Positions 53,549 through 64,000 of a DNA stretch of 64,000 nucleotides are shown piece by piece. The stretch covers positions 17,965,028 to 18,029,027 of the forward strand of contig CM082576.2 of assembly GCA_040954595.2 (NCBI GenBank). Reading direction: 5' to 3'. The notes under the pieces are model-generated. The model was not told where the DNA came from. It saw only the letters and a list, made by a program, of their open reading frames with translations, and searched no databases. This stretch comes from Balanoglossus misakiensis (taxonomy: Eukaryota; Animalia; Hemichordata). A program made the position numbers and the translations under genes. How positions within the stretch are numbered: the first letter of the stretch is position 1; each line of letters opens with the position of its first letter.

Positions 53549-54062
53549 TGTTACACTCTTCAATAGACAATCCAGACGAGCGTAGTTGTATATATGAATG
53601 GTTCCTTTGGTTTATTGAAGTACCCTAACTTCCAAGGAGTTTAAGACTCTAACACAACAAGTTTACTGTCAGTTCATGCACACAGAGGCACTAGACCACA
53701 CATCTGACATTAACCAAACCGCACACTGCACTCCGGTTTTCCATGTGCTTCTCAAACTAACCGGCATGCTACAATTATAATAATTGTCGCCACCTCTTTG
53801 CCAAATACAGATAGTGGTATACCTCCTCTAACTACATATAAGGATTCTTGCTCATTACAAATCAATTAATTTAGCTTAAGATCAAACAGATAGTCAATGA
53901 TGGACATTTCCTAAAACCCTGCAAAATTCCAGACTTGCCCAAATTCCAGTGTTTCCCAATGGAGCAAGTTTGTTTTGGTCACTCATAAAACTCTGTCAAA
54001 CTTTGAGACTATGCTCTGTGTGTGTTCAGATGGAAGTCATTAAGTCAAGTCATTCTCAAGGC
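53549..54062 (-). repeat. 5' LTR of inner Gypsy, missing ~103 bp at its 5' (U3) end
   Basis: Matches 45488-46001, then switches abruptly to outer-element pol. Confidence 0.93.
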
Positions 54063-54067
54063 CAATC

Positions 54068-56155
54068 AATCTGCCAATACCCCTTCAATAGGTCAAACTT
54101 GCTTACAAATTTAGCTTGACCAATTTTGTCAATGCAGTCATCGATTCTAGGCATTGGATATGAATCAGTCTTTGTAACAGAATTCACTTTACGGTAATCT
54201 GTGCAGAAACGATACAAACCACCCGGTTTAGGCACAAGTATACATGGTGAACTCCATGGACTACAACTCGGTTCTATGATGTCATTCTGCAACATGTAAT
54301 CAATCTCAGATTTCATATGTTGTAGTTTCACAGGATTTACCCGGAAAGGATGCTGTTTTATGGGGGGTGCATTATTAACATCTACATCATGACACATTTT
54401 ATCAGTTTTACCAGGTACATCAGAAAACAAATGTGTAAATTCCTGCAACAAACATTCCAACTCTTCCCCTTGTTCTTTAGTAAGATGACACAATTTATCT
54501 TCTATATTTGCAAGTATTTCTGAATTACTCAACTTGACATCATGAACAAACCCCTTGACCTCGCTCTCATTAGCATCATCTTTATCATGATTACCATGAT
54601 CATTACCCATAGAAATTGATGTCAAAACTGGCTTTGTTTCATGCAAATCTCTTTCTATGTATTCTTTCAGCATATTTACATGGCATAGCTGCTTTGCTTT
54701 ACGTCGCCCTGGTGTCTTAACAATATAGTCAACATCGCTGATCTTAGATTCAATTTCACAAGGGCCGTAAAATCTGGCTTGCAAGGGACGCCCCTGGATT
54801 GGAAAAAGGACCAAAACTTTATCCCCTGGTTTAAAATTCCGGCTTCTAGCATTAATATCATACCACTGTTTCATTTTCTTTTGACTTCCTCTGAGATTTT
54901 CTTTGGCTATTTCGCATGCTCTTTTCAGCTTATCTCTAAAATTTGATTCAAAATCCAGAAGATTCATTTCGGTATCCTTACACAACCAACTCTCATAAAG
55001 GAATTTCAAGGGTCCACGAACTGTGTGTCCGAAAACCAACTCAAAGGGACTAAAACCAGTCGATTCTTGAACTGATTCCCTAACTGCAAACAACAACAAA
55101 TGAATTCCCTCATCCCAGTCTTTATTGTATTCAAAACAGTAAGTACGTACCATATTCTTCAAAGTCTGATGGAAACGTTCAAGTGCCCCCTGAGATTCAG
55201 GATGATATGCACTAGACTTGTATTGTTTTATGCCCAATTGGTGCATAACCTGTTGAAACAGACCAGACATGAAATTTGATCCTTGATCTGACTGTATTGA
55301 TTTGGGAAGTCCTACAAAAGTGAAAAACTTGGTCAGTGCTTTCACTATCTTCGATGCATTAATACTTCTTAGTGGTATTGCTTCTGGAAATCGAGTAGAC
55401 GAACACATTATGGTGAGTAAGTACTCATTTCCTGATTTTGTTTTTGGCAAAGGGCCAACACAATCTATCAAAACTCGACTAAATGCGTCAGAAAAAGCAG
55501 GAATGGGCTTTAAAGGTGCAACTGGTACCTTTCGATTGGGTTTCCCAACCATCTGACATGGATGACACGATCTGCAATATTTAGCCACATCCCGTCTCAA
55601 ATTTGGCCAATAGAAATGACTTATAATCTTATCATGCGTTTTATTTATGCCTAGATGTCCACTCATAACATTATCATGAGCCAAGCTGATTATCTCTTTT
55701 CGATACAATTTAGGCACAACTATTTGATGAACAATTCTCCATTCATCCTCAGTTGATGCATCAGGTGGTCGCCATTTTCTGAAAAGAATACCATCCTTTG
55801 TATAGAAACATACGGGTACTTTACCAATTTCACTGAGGGCCAAGGACCTTTTACTTAAATTAACAATTTCAGGATCAGCTTCCTGTTCAGCAATAAGCTC
55901 AGCACGACTAAACTTTCCCCCAGTTTTAGCATACTTTTGATTAGGCTGATTCGAAACATCTTGATTTTTGTCAGGCAAAGGAGAGGAACACTCACTTTTA
56001 AGTTCACCTACATTAGAAAGAAACGTATCCTCTAAGTTGACATCAAAATTATCGTCAACTTCATCTATTACATCTTTCTTTACAACTTCTTCAGTCGAAG
56101 CCCTTTGGCTCATGGCCCTGGTCACAACACAAGCAGGGAAAATCTCAATATCATC
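54068..56155 (-). pseudogene. pol: Integrase plus N-terminal RT of the outer Gmr1-like element
   Basis: HDNVMSGHLG...CHPC, IDCVGP, SDQGSNF, PESQGALERFH, then PWSSPCILVPKP..RFCTDYRKVN..KFDLLKGYWQI. Confidence 0.93.
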
Positions 56156-58142
56156 CAGTCTTCGGACTGAGCGCGAAAAGTGGGCGTGTCCATTATCACT
56201 CATTAAGTATTCAAAAAGGCTGACTACGCTGTCGAGTGTCCGGAAAATTACGGTCTGAAACAGAAATTACAAGTCGCAGTGTCTCCAACACGAAAAAAAA
56301 TCCAGCGAGCTTAGCTTTTAACAAAGAACTGACATTAAGTTCCTTACTCGCTGTGACAAATCCAAAAACCAACGTGATTTTTTTTACAAAAATTAACTCA
56401 GAAAAAACATCAACACTTGAATTTACCAGCCCCGCACTGCAAATTGCATGGCGATGCCTATGGAACTGACCAAAATTTGACAGATCGTGGTTGCTAAAAT
56501 GGTGCTGGTGCAATATTTCAGCATATGCAGCAAGCAGCGAAACCTGCCGATTCCCAGACGACTTTCTCTGACCAATGAACCTCAATTGAATGACGAGAAA
56601 CCACAATTTCTCAATGACTTTCAGTCTGCCGACTGATGACCCCAAAATGTTATGACCTTTTGAATACGCCAACCAGTGGGTGTCATTTAGTGCACGTGAT
56701 ATGCTAAATAGCGTTACTATTTCTATGGCGCCATGGTAACGTAAACAACATGCGTCAATCTCCCGCCAAGAAAGGCAAGGCTTCACGCTTTTGCTCAAAG
56801 TTTATTCGATACATCTAAGTTTGTTGTAAACAAATATCTGAATATTTATATATAAGATCATGTCAGTTATGAGTATATCTACCCACCCATTGATCAATGA
56901 TGCTGTCATCAGGCTTGAACGTCATGAAAGGGGCGTTGATATCTCTGTGTCAGAGACTGACCCATGTGATTAGGGTACACACACGGGCTCCAGTGGGGTA
57001 ATTCTGCATGTAATCGCGGTTCTTACGGAAGTCAGAGGAAGTAAATATGCGTGTTTGTTCCAGATGCCTCTCTTTTTTCGCTGTTGGGGTCTTATTTTGG
57101 CTGATTGCGGGATACATGACTGCAAGCACTTCCCTTGAAATTGGTGTTCAATTCACAAAACCGTTGAAAAACGACATGGTGCATGCATCCATGCGAGGTA
57201 TCTGTGTTCGATCGGTGTGATTACGAAACAACAACATGTATCGTAAGTATTTTGGGCACTGCGGACGGTCGTATATGATAAATAATATTGATTGAAGGCC
57301 CACAAACATTCATAACCAAAATATCGACAAACTACGTTTTACGCCTCACTTCGAGTGGCTGCATATTTTTTTAGAGGCTTAGCACTAGCTAAAATAGGTT
57401 CGTATGATAACAATAAAGTATCTATGACCCCAGAAATTCGAGTTTGAATAGTTTTCACTCTTTGGATGAAAAGGCACAAAAAATCAAACAAATCACTGCA
57501 TTTTCACCCAAAAACAGTGTGTGCCAGGAAGACCCTGTCAGAAAGTGTGGAATTTACGGGTAAGATGTTCTGGACGAAAAAATGAGCATAAGAGGTGATG
57601 AGTGATTAAAATAAACACTCTGCATGACATTTGCGTCTGGATTTTTTTTACTACGACACGGCAAAATCACGGTATTTTGCTACAAAATCGCCAATTTAAC
57701 AACACCAATTGGAGACGTCCCACAGTCTCTATTCAGTCGTTGATCATGATATACGATAGTTTCCAACAAAGTTCTAATGAAATAGAGTATATACCACGTT
57801 TTTTCTCGTCCATTGAAGCTTTGGATGAAAAGGCACAAAAAATCAAAGTTGGTATATGCCTCTGAAGGCTAAAATAGAAGGGGTCAAAGGTAACTCTTTT
57901 ATTTTTATTTTTCGCAAATCTACCGAATTCATCTCTTTGATTCTCTTATTGCTTTATTTCAATAATTTTCACAAAGATAACGAAATCTGTCAAGTACTCT
58001 CAAAACATGGAAAAAATTGGATTGAAATCTCTCCACGTACGCTGGGTTCTTGGCCGCCATAACAGAGGTCAATGAGTGCTGAAATTTCCCAGCATGCTTT
58101 GCGGTGTTTTGATAATGGGAATCGCGCTCAGTCCGAAGACTG
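56156..58142. mobile_element. Non-autonomous TIR DNA transposon, 1987 bp, 3-bp TSD (superfamily uncertain; Academ-like termini possible)
   Basis: 21-bp perfect TIR CAGTCTTCGGACTGAGCGCGA, TSD ATC (56153-55 / 58143-45), no transposase ORF. Excision restores the in-frame ...SVCDDIEIFPACVVTR. Confidence 0.93.
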
Positions 58143-59765
58143 ATCGCATACACTGTCATTAGTACTAGGTTCTTTAGTTACAACTGGATCGGGAAACACT
58201 TTCCCTCCAGCCAAATCATTGCCTAGCAACATAGAAATACCCTCTATGGGCAAAGTGGGTCTCACCCCAACTTTAACAGATCCTGATATTAAATTTGACT
58301 GCAAATTTATAGTGTGTAAAGGCACATTAATATAACCCAATTCTACCCCCTTAATTAGTACATCAGACTTAGCAGAGCTCATTTCAGACAAAGATAACAC
58401 ACTATCTAACAGCAATGTCTGCGAGGCTGCAGTATCACGCAATATCTTTATGGGTTGTAGATTGGCTTCATCCCCTATCAATGATACAAATCCATCAAAA
58501 ACAAAGGGCTTAAATTCTTCCTTTATTCTTGATACTTCATCCATTCTTTGCACTTTAGACACATTCAGTGGTTGGACACATTTTTCAGTTACAGTGCAGG
58601 CGGTAGACTCTACTTTAACCTTATTCCCTTTCCTTTGCAGAAACCAACATTCGGAAATAAGATGCCCCTTCTTTTTACAATAGGCGCACGTTGGCATGGG
58701 TTTAAACATCCCGTCCTTAGTCTTTTCTCCAAAATTAGGACTACTTTCCTTTACTTTAGAATTCACAGGTTTATTTTCAATACTCTTAGTCTGATGGGGA
58801 GGTCGGAAACCAAAAGTTTTACTTTGACCTGCTATATTACTCCTGGCATAGCTTAGCTTATGAGTTAAAGCATAATCATCAGCCACAGTAGCTGCTTCAT
58901 GCAATGCGTCAACCTTATGCTCATCAAGATGAGTGTTGATATCAGAATGAACACATTGTTTAAACTCTTCGATCAACATGAGTTCCCTAAGTTTATCAAA
59001 ATTCTGATTAACTCCCTTTGCAGTTAACCATCTATCAAACAATCTTTCCTTTTCTCTGGCAAATTCAACATGAGTTTGGTCATTCCGCTTTTGTACATTT
59101 CTGAACTTTTGCCTGTATGCTTCAGGTACTAGTTCGTATGACTTGAGAATTGCATCTTTAACACGATCGTAATCGCTACTTTGATCAAGAGGTAAGGCAG
59201 TGAATGCTTCACGGGCTTTTCCAATTAAGACGCTCTGCAACAGTATGGTCCAAACATCCTTTGGCCATTTAAGGCTGTAAGCAATTTTTTCGAAATGCTG
59301 GAAATAATTGTCGACCTCCTTTTCATGAAATTGAGGAACCAGTCGAACATACTTTGCTGCATCAAAATAAGGAAAGGACCCCACTGATGAATTTTGTCTG
59401 TCCCCAAACTCAGTTGTCTCCTGCTTACCCGTTCTAAATTTCATTTCCTGAATTTCTAATTCTTTTTGTCTTTCTCTTTCTTTATATTCCAATTGCATCA
59501 TTCTATACTGGTGATCCAACTCGAACCGCCTTATTTTAACCGTATCACCTTCATGCTTAGATTCACCAATTTCCAGTGCTTCAACCCCAAATTTCCCTTG
59601 TTCAACAAGAGCCTTTACAATGATATTTTTCAACTCTTGTTTTTTCATGGATGGTCGTACAACAAGCTCAAGATATTCGGCAAGCGACACCAACTCATGC
59701 TTTCTCAACTTTTCGAACACTTCAAGAGAGGGGTTTTCTAAATACTCCACTGGTTTGAACTCCAT
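58143..59765 (-). pseudogene. gag: Gag (SCAN-like capsid, CCHC) plus protease of the outer element; originally one ORF with pol
   Basis: YELVPEAYRQKFR...LIEEFKQC...EAATVADDY, CAYCKKKGHLISEC, ILRDTAASQTLL, MLLGNDL; ATG at 59765. Confidence 0.92.
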
Positions 59766-59854
59766 TGTTAGCTCCAGTTTATTTTTGTAGTTTTGCTTCC
59801 AAATATATTGGGACAATTTTCTTTTACAACAACAACTTCGAGCAAATATTCAAC

Positions 59855-59871
59855 TCCCGGACGAGCCCCCA
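59855..59871 (-). promoter_or_regulatory. Primer binding site, tRNA-Pro (outer element)
   Basis: TGGGGGCTCGTCCGGGA, 5 nt inside the 5' LTR. Confidence 0.92.
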
Positions 59872-59876
59872 ATTTC

Positions 59877-60394
59877 TGTTACGGTAGAAAAAACCGGGAG
59901 CACACAATGGAGAATGTGGTTCAACAACAGAATATTTAATTAAACAACTAGCCTTCTAAAATCAAAAGGTCACACAAAAGAAAATGTTCACTGCGTGTTT
60001 TTACCCTGCTTGGTCGAGGAGTTACCGAGTCCACAAAAGTCCTGGCCGAACTCAAGGCACAGAAGTCCGTTGCTGACCAAGTCCGTCATTCACAGAAGCC
60101 AGTTGCTCACACAAAATCCGTTGCTCATGAAGTCGGTTGCTCACAGAATCCAGCTCAGCTAGGTAAATTCCTAATTCCCAAGGCGATGTGGCTGGAGCTA
60201 CGACAGCTACGTGCTCCTCCGAGTCCGTGTTGAGAAGTGTGCCTCGTGGTTTTGGTGAGAAGGCCTTTCATATGGGTGACCATCTGGTTATTACCAATAT
60301 TTAAATGAACTACTTCAAAAGGCAGGGCCCTTTGTTATGCAAAGAAAAGCTACCCCTCTCTCGACCAAGCAACTAAACAGGGTGTGTCGTAACA
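59877..60394 (-). repeat. 5' LTR of outer Gmr1-like element (518 bp)
   Basis: Direct repeat of 44231-44748; contains ~18-20 bp internal repeats (AAGTCCGTTGCTCA-like). Confidence 0.97.
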
Positions 60395-63300
60395 CTAGCC
60401 ATATTGGTTTGTGGTCACTGTAGTATGATTCAAGTACACCAACTTGTGTTGACTGAATATTCGTATAAATATGATCAAGGCAAGATCCATAGTTTGTTGT
60501 TGGTTCTTGAATAAGTTGTTTGTACTTGAGTTGGTTTGTCATAAATTCCATTAATTGCTTTGCTGAAGATGTTTGTTGTAACAAATCAACATTGAAATCA
60601 CCAAGTAGCACTGTTGGTAGATTTTCATGCAGTTGTTCGCTAAGGTTTAGAAGAGCACTTTGTAAGGTGTCTATTGATGTTGAAGGAGGAATGTAAATAG
60701 CAACTACTTGAAGTAAGCCAAGTGTTGTTTTGTATACTGCTGTGACAAATTCACAGTGAAAGTAATGGTGTGAATGTGGAAGAGACTCCAGGGTGTTAGC
60801 TTTGCTGTACAATACTAGCCCATGGTATGGTCTTCTTTGTTGATTACTGTTGTCATCATGTCCGGAAATTTCAAAATCTGGAATTCTGTAATCATCATTC
60901 TGATCAGCACTTTGTAATCTTGATTCACTGCAAATAAGTACATCAGCTGATGTCAAATTGAAATCATTCACAACATCTTGGAAATGGCAATGGAGAGATC
61001 TTACATTTTGATAAGCTATAATAAATTTGTTTGGTATATCATAGGGAAAAGTCAAACAAAGTTGTAACATGGAATGAGATCGCATGCGTTGCATTTCTTG
61101 TGTGACATCAGTGCTGACAGATATTTGATTTTCGTGTAATGTGGTTATGTGAAGACCAGCCAGTTTTGTGACCCTGCTAAGCGCAACATAGTGTATATGA
61201 CACTGGTTTCTGTTTGAAGCAGTGCTAAAATCAACAACCACACCATTCAGAGTATCACCTTGGCAACGGTGGACAGTTTTTCCACTGGCTGGTCTAATGG
61301 GAAATTGTTTTCTAACAACTTCAGCATTTCTGTGTCTTCCTACTATGAACTGCCGTGATATCTGTGCAATGGGTGTCCATGATTTGGTTATTTTTCTATG
61401 GTATAAATGACGTTTTTCTTGTCGTAGTGCCTTGCCAACAGCGCTATCATCAAATAAAATCCATAGAATTGTGACATCATCCAAGTCTGGTCCATCAATA
61501 AACTTGATTATTCCTGGAGTACCGTTTATTAATCCATCATCAACACAGAGATTCATACACAGTTCAACTCGTTGATTTATTCCAACAGATAATTGAGATA
61601 CTAATCCCATTGTCTTTTGAGGGCCTAACATTGTAACTATGGCTAATGTTTTTTGTTTCACTGTTTCAGAGACATCCCCAATTACAGCATCAGTAGCAAA
61701 TACATTTGTTTTAGTTTCTGTGAGTCTATCATACACTGACACATTATGATCATCAACAAGTTTGTTCTCACAATACAGATGAACTATTGAATCATCATAA
61801 GGTGGACTTACATTATTGCTTTGTACTATCCGAGTTTTGAGAATACTTATGTCATCTGATGTGTGTTTTCCTTCCCGTACACGATTCAGTAATTATGCAA
61901 AATTCAAGTAATCTTTTTGGCGCATAATATCTGTTAGTTCAAACATTTGGAAAAGTTCTTTCCATATATTCAAAGCAAGTGGTCCATAATCATGCCTAAT
62001 GTCATGAAATATCCAGCCATCAAAGACAGGCTTTAATTGATATAGGTCTCCAAATGCAACTATACTGACACCACCAAAGAGTTGATTATTTGCCATGATT
62101 TGTTTCAGTCTAAGGTTGATGTAGTTGAACATACCATTGCCAACCATGGAGATTTCATCAATGAAAATGACTTTCAGATTTCTATATTTTGCTTGCAAAG
62201 TATTTAGTCTTTCTGATGTTAATGGTCTATAGTGAAATCCTTGACTTGCAGGAATTTGTAGTGCTGAGTGAATTGTACTTCCCTTAATATTGTATGCCGC
62301 CTTGTCTGTTGGTGCCATGAGTAAAATGAATACATTGTCAGGATTTTGACCGGGAAGACTTGAAAGATGTTTCAATAGTACTTGATAGAGTGATTTCAGA
62401 ACAAGAGATTTACCAACACCTGCTCCGCCTGTTACAAATACATGCAAAGGATCTGTTTTTGTTTTAATCCAATGAATTACATGATAGAATATTTCTTTTT
62501 GCTTCTTGTTAAGAGTCTGTAAAAGGGGGTAAAGTTCAGTGTCAGGCATTCGTGGGTGTAGAAGTTCATTAATATTAGAATTGTTTACAGCAATACCAAT
62601 GTCTTGACCTATGTCATAATGTGAATGACTGTCATCCTGTGGGGCAAATATGTTCATTGTGTTACTTTGTCTACATCCTTCTGCAGAGTCTTGTCTTTCC
62701 TGATGTTCTGTATTTGGAGCAATGTTGTCAAACATATCCACAGCTGTACTCTGTACTGCTTCAATTGCTTGATCTAATGCCTCAGCAGTTTTATTGTATT
62801 CTTTTTGTTTAGTATCTACTTGCTGTTTGACTTATAAATAGCGCTCGTAGTATGTATTACAACCAGCCATTAGTTGATTTTCATATCGCCAATGATAAAA
62901 CAACATTACTAACTCTCTGTAATGATTTTCTGTGTCTCTTTCTTTATGGAAACGAACATATCGGATGACTTTACTTTTTGTGCGTTTCTTGTAGATAAGG
63001 CTGCCCACACGATAAGTTGTTTGACCCTCCTCGTCCTCATTGTTGTACAAATCATCGTTGTCTTTTTATCTAGCTCATCATCTGTTTCCTTTTTAAATGT
63101 ATACCAAGCTGCAAAATCTGCCAAGCACAAATTCTCAAGGGCCTTTGGACGACGCTCATATTTTTTCAAGATGTTGTCACTTTCTATATCAGTAGCATTT
63201 GCTGGCATATTTTGAATTTCGTCCAGTGGTTTCAGTAGGATAACTCGATCATTAGGAGGTGATGTATTAACAAATATGACATCTCGTGAAGCTCTTCTTA

Positions 63301-64000
63301 ATTTCATTTGCATTGTAAGATAGACAGCTTCTTGAGCACTAACTTCAACATGATTTAGGAATTTCTTTCCTATGTGTCTGACACTTTCCCTGATGTCTTG
63401 ATTTCCTTCTCTCACTTCATCTACAGCTCTAGCTAGCAAGTTACTCATTCCTCGTTGAGCTTTACTGATGTAAGATGCTATGTACATAGCACAGGCATAT
63501 GGATCTATAATAAATTGAATGTCCATATTTGCTCTCCATGCTTTCAGTAGAATTGCATTGTAATTATTGATTCTGATTTCATTTGGGGATCTCTTGAGGA
63601 AGATTTTCTCTGATGTTAGAGATGACTGTAGTGCATTAATGTAGGTCTGTTCATCTACTTGTATTTTATCTAAGAATTCATCAAATGAGATCTTTTCTCC
63701 ACATTGTAAATCAGCAAGTACACTTTTAATATGTTTATAGTGTTCTGTAAGTCTCTGTTCTGTTGTTTCATCAATATCCATGGGTAATGGTTCCAATATC
63801 ATTGTTCTTGGCATAGGTGGAAGAGGAAAGCCAAATCTACAAACACACTGACCTTTCAGTTTACATGTTTTTTTCCATGTCTATGCATTTGATAATTTAT
63901 CAATTCTGCAAGGTTTTCATCACTGGTTTCATTGCTGCATGTAATATACTGATCTATGAAATTGGTAATTTCATCATTATCATTTTCACCATATACTGGT
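60395..64000 (-). pseudogene. Helentron (Helitron2) Rep - PIF1 helicase - APE endonuclease ORF, decayed, 5' part outside the window
   Basis: Rep region TC..CRFGFPLPP, WRANMDIQF, YIASYISK, VSAQEAVY; helicase TGGAGVGKS, DEISMV, FGDLYQL, MRQ, TVHRCQG, YVALSRV; EN YQNVRSL, SESRL, GDFNVD, LDHIY, SDH. Frameshifts near 63870 and 63060; in-frame stops at 62832 and 61893. Confidence 0.95.

Larger units (their letters stand above)
45488..54062 (-). mobile_element. Nested Ty3/Gypsy LTR retrotransposon (gag, -1 frameshift, MYND-PR-RT-RH-IN); 5' LTR truncated
   Basis: LTR copies 45488-46104 and 53549-54062, PPT CTCTCCCCCT (46105-46114, plus strand), tRNA-Pro PBS, intact ORFs. Confidence 0.96.
44231..60394 (-). 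mobile_element. Gmr1-like Ty3/Gypsy LTR retrotransposon (gag-PR-IN-RT-RH), disrupted by two nested insertions and a deletion
   Basis: LTRs TGTTACG...CGTAACA, 4-bp TSD CTAG (44227-30 / 60395-98), tRNA-Pro PBS, PPT, integrase upstream of RT, SCAN-like gag. Confidence 0.95.

Noticed and set aside
56211-56798. 195-aa ORF as transposase of the TIR element
   Set aside because: No DDE or DNA-binding motifs; non-ATG start.
60315-60394. C-terminal extension of the endonuclease ORF
   Set aside because: Read-through into the inserted LTR; the native end is at 44219-44230.

Overview
Eukaryotic, AT-rich, repeat-dense DNA from an invertebrate animal (spliceosomal introns; no prokaryotic features). The right third is a nested transposon stack whose coding elements are all on the minus strand. 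A decayed Helentron (Rep-PIF1 helicase-APE endonuclease, running off the right edge) is split 3 codons before its stop by a 16.2-kb Gmr1-like Ty3/Gypsy element (44231-60394; 518-bp LTRs, CTAG TSD, PR-IN-RT-RH order). That element carries a second Gypsy (45488-54062) and a 1987-bp non-autonomous TIR transposon (56156-58142). The inner Gypsy has intact ORFs, a -1 slippery site and an unannotated MYND zinc finger ahead of the protease. Downstream of the Helentron ORF lies a spliced RPA-like OB-fold gene (39909-37154, minus), then an 8.6-kb 90-bp satellite (25533-34123). The left 25 kb holds DINE-1/HINE-type non-autonomous Helentrons, MITEs and a chain of duplicated small plus-strand exons with no long ORF (putative lncRNA). 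At 25282-25349 an exact MALAT1-type AAAAAGCAAAA tract is followed directly by a 57-nt mascRNA-like cloverleaf. All calls are by eye; no database searches were run.
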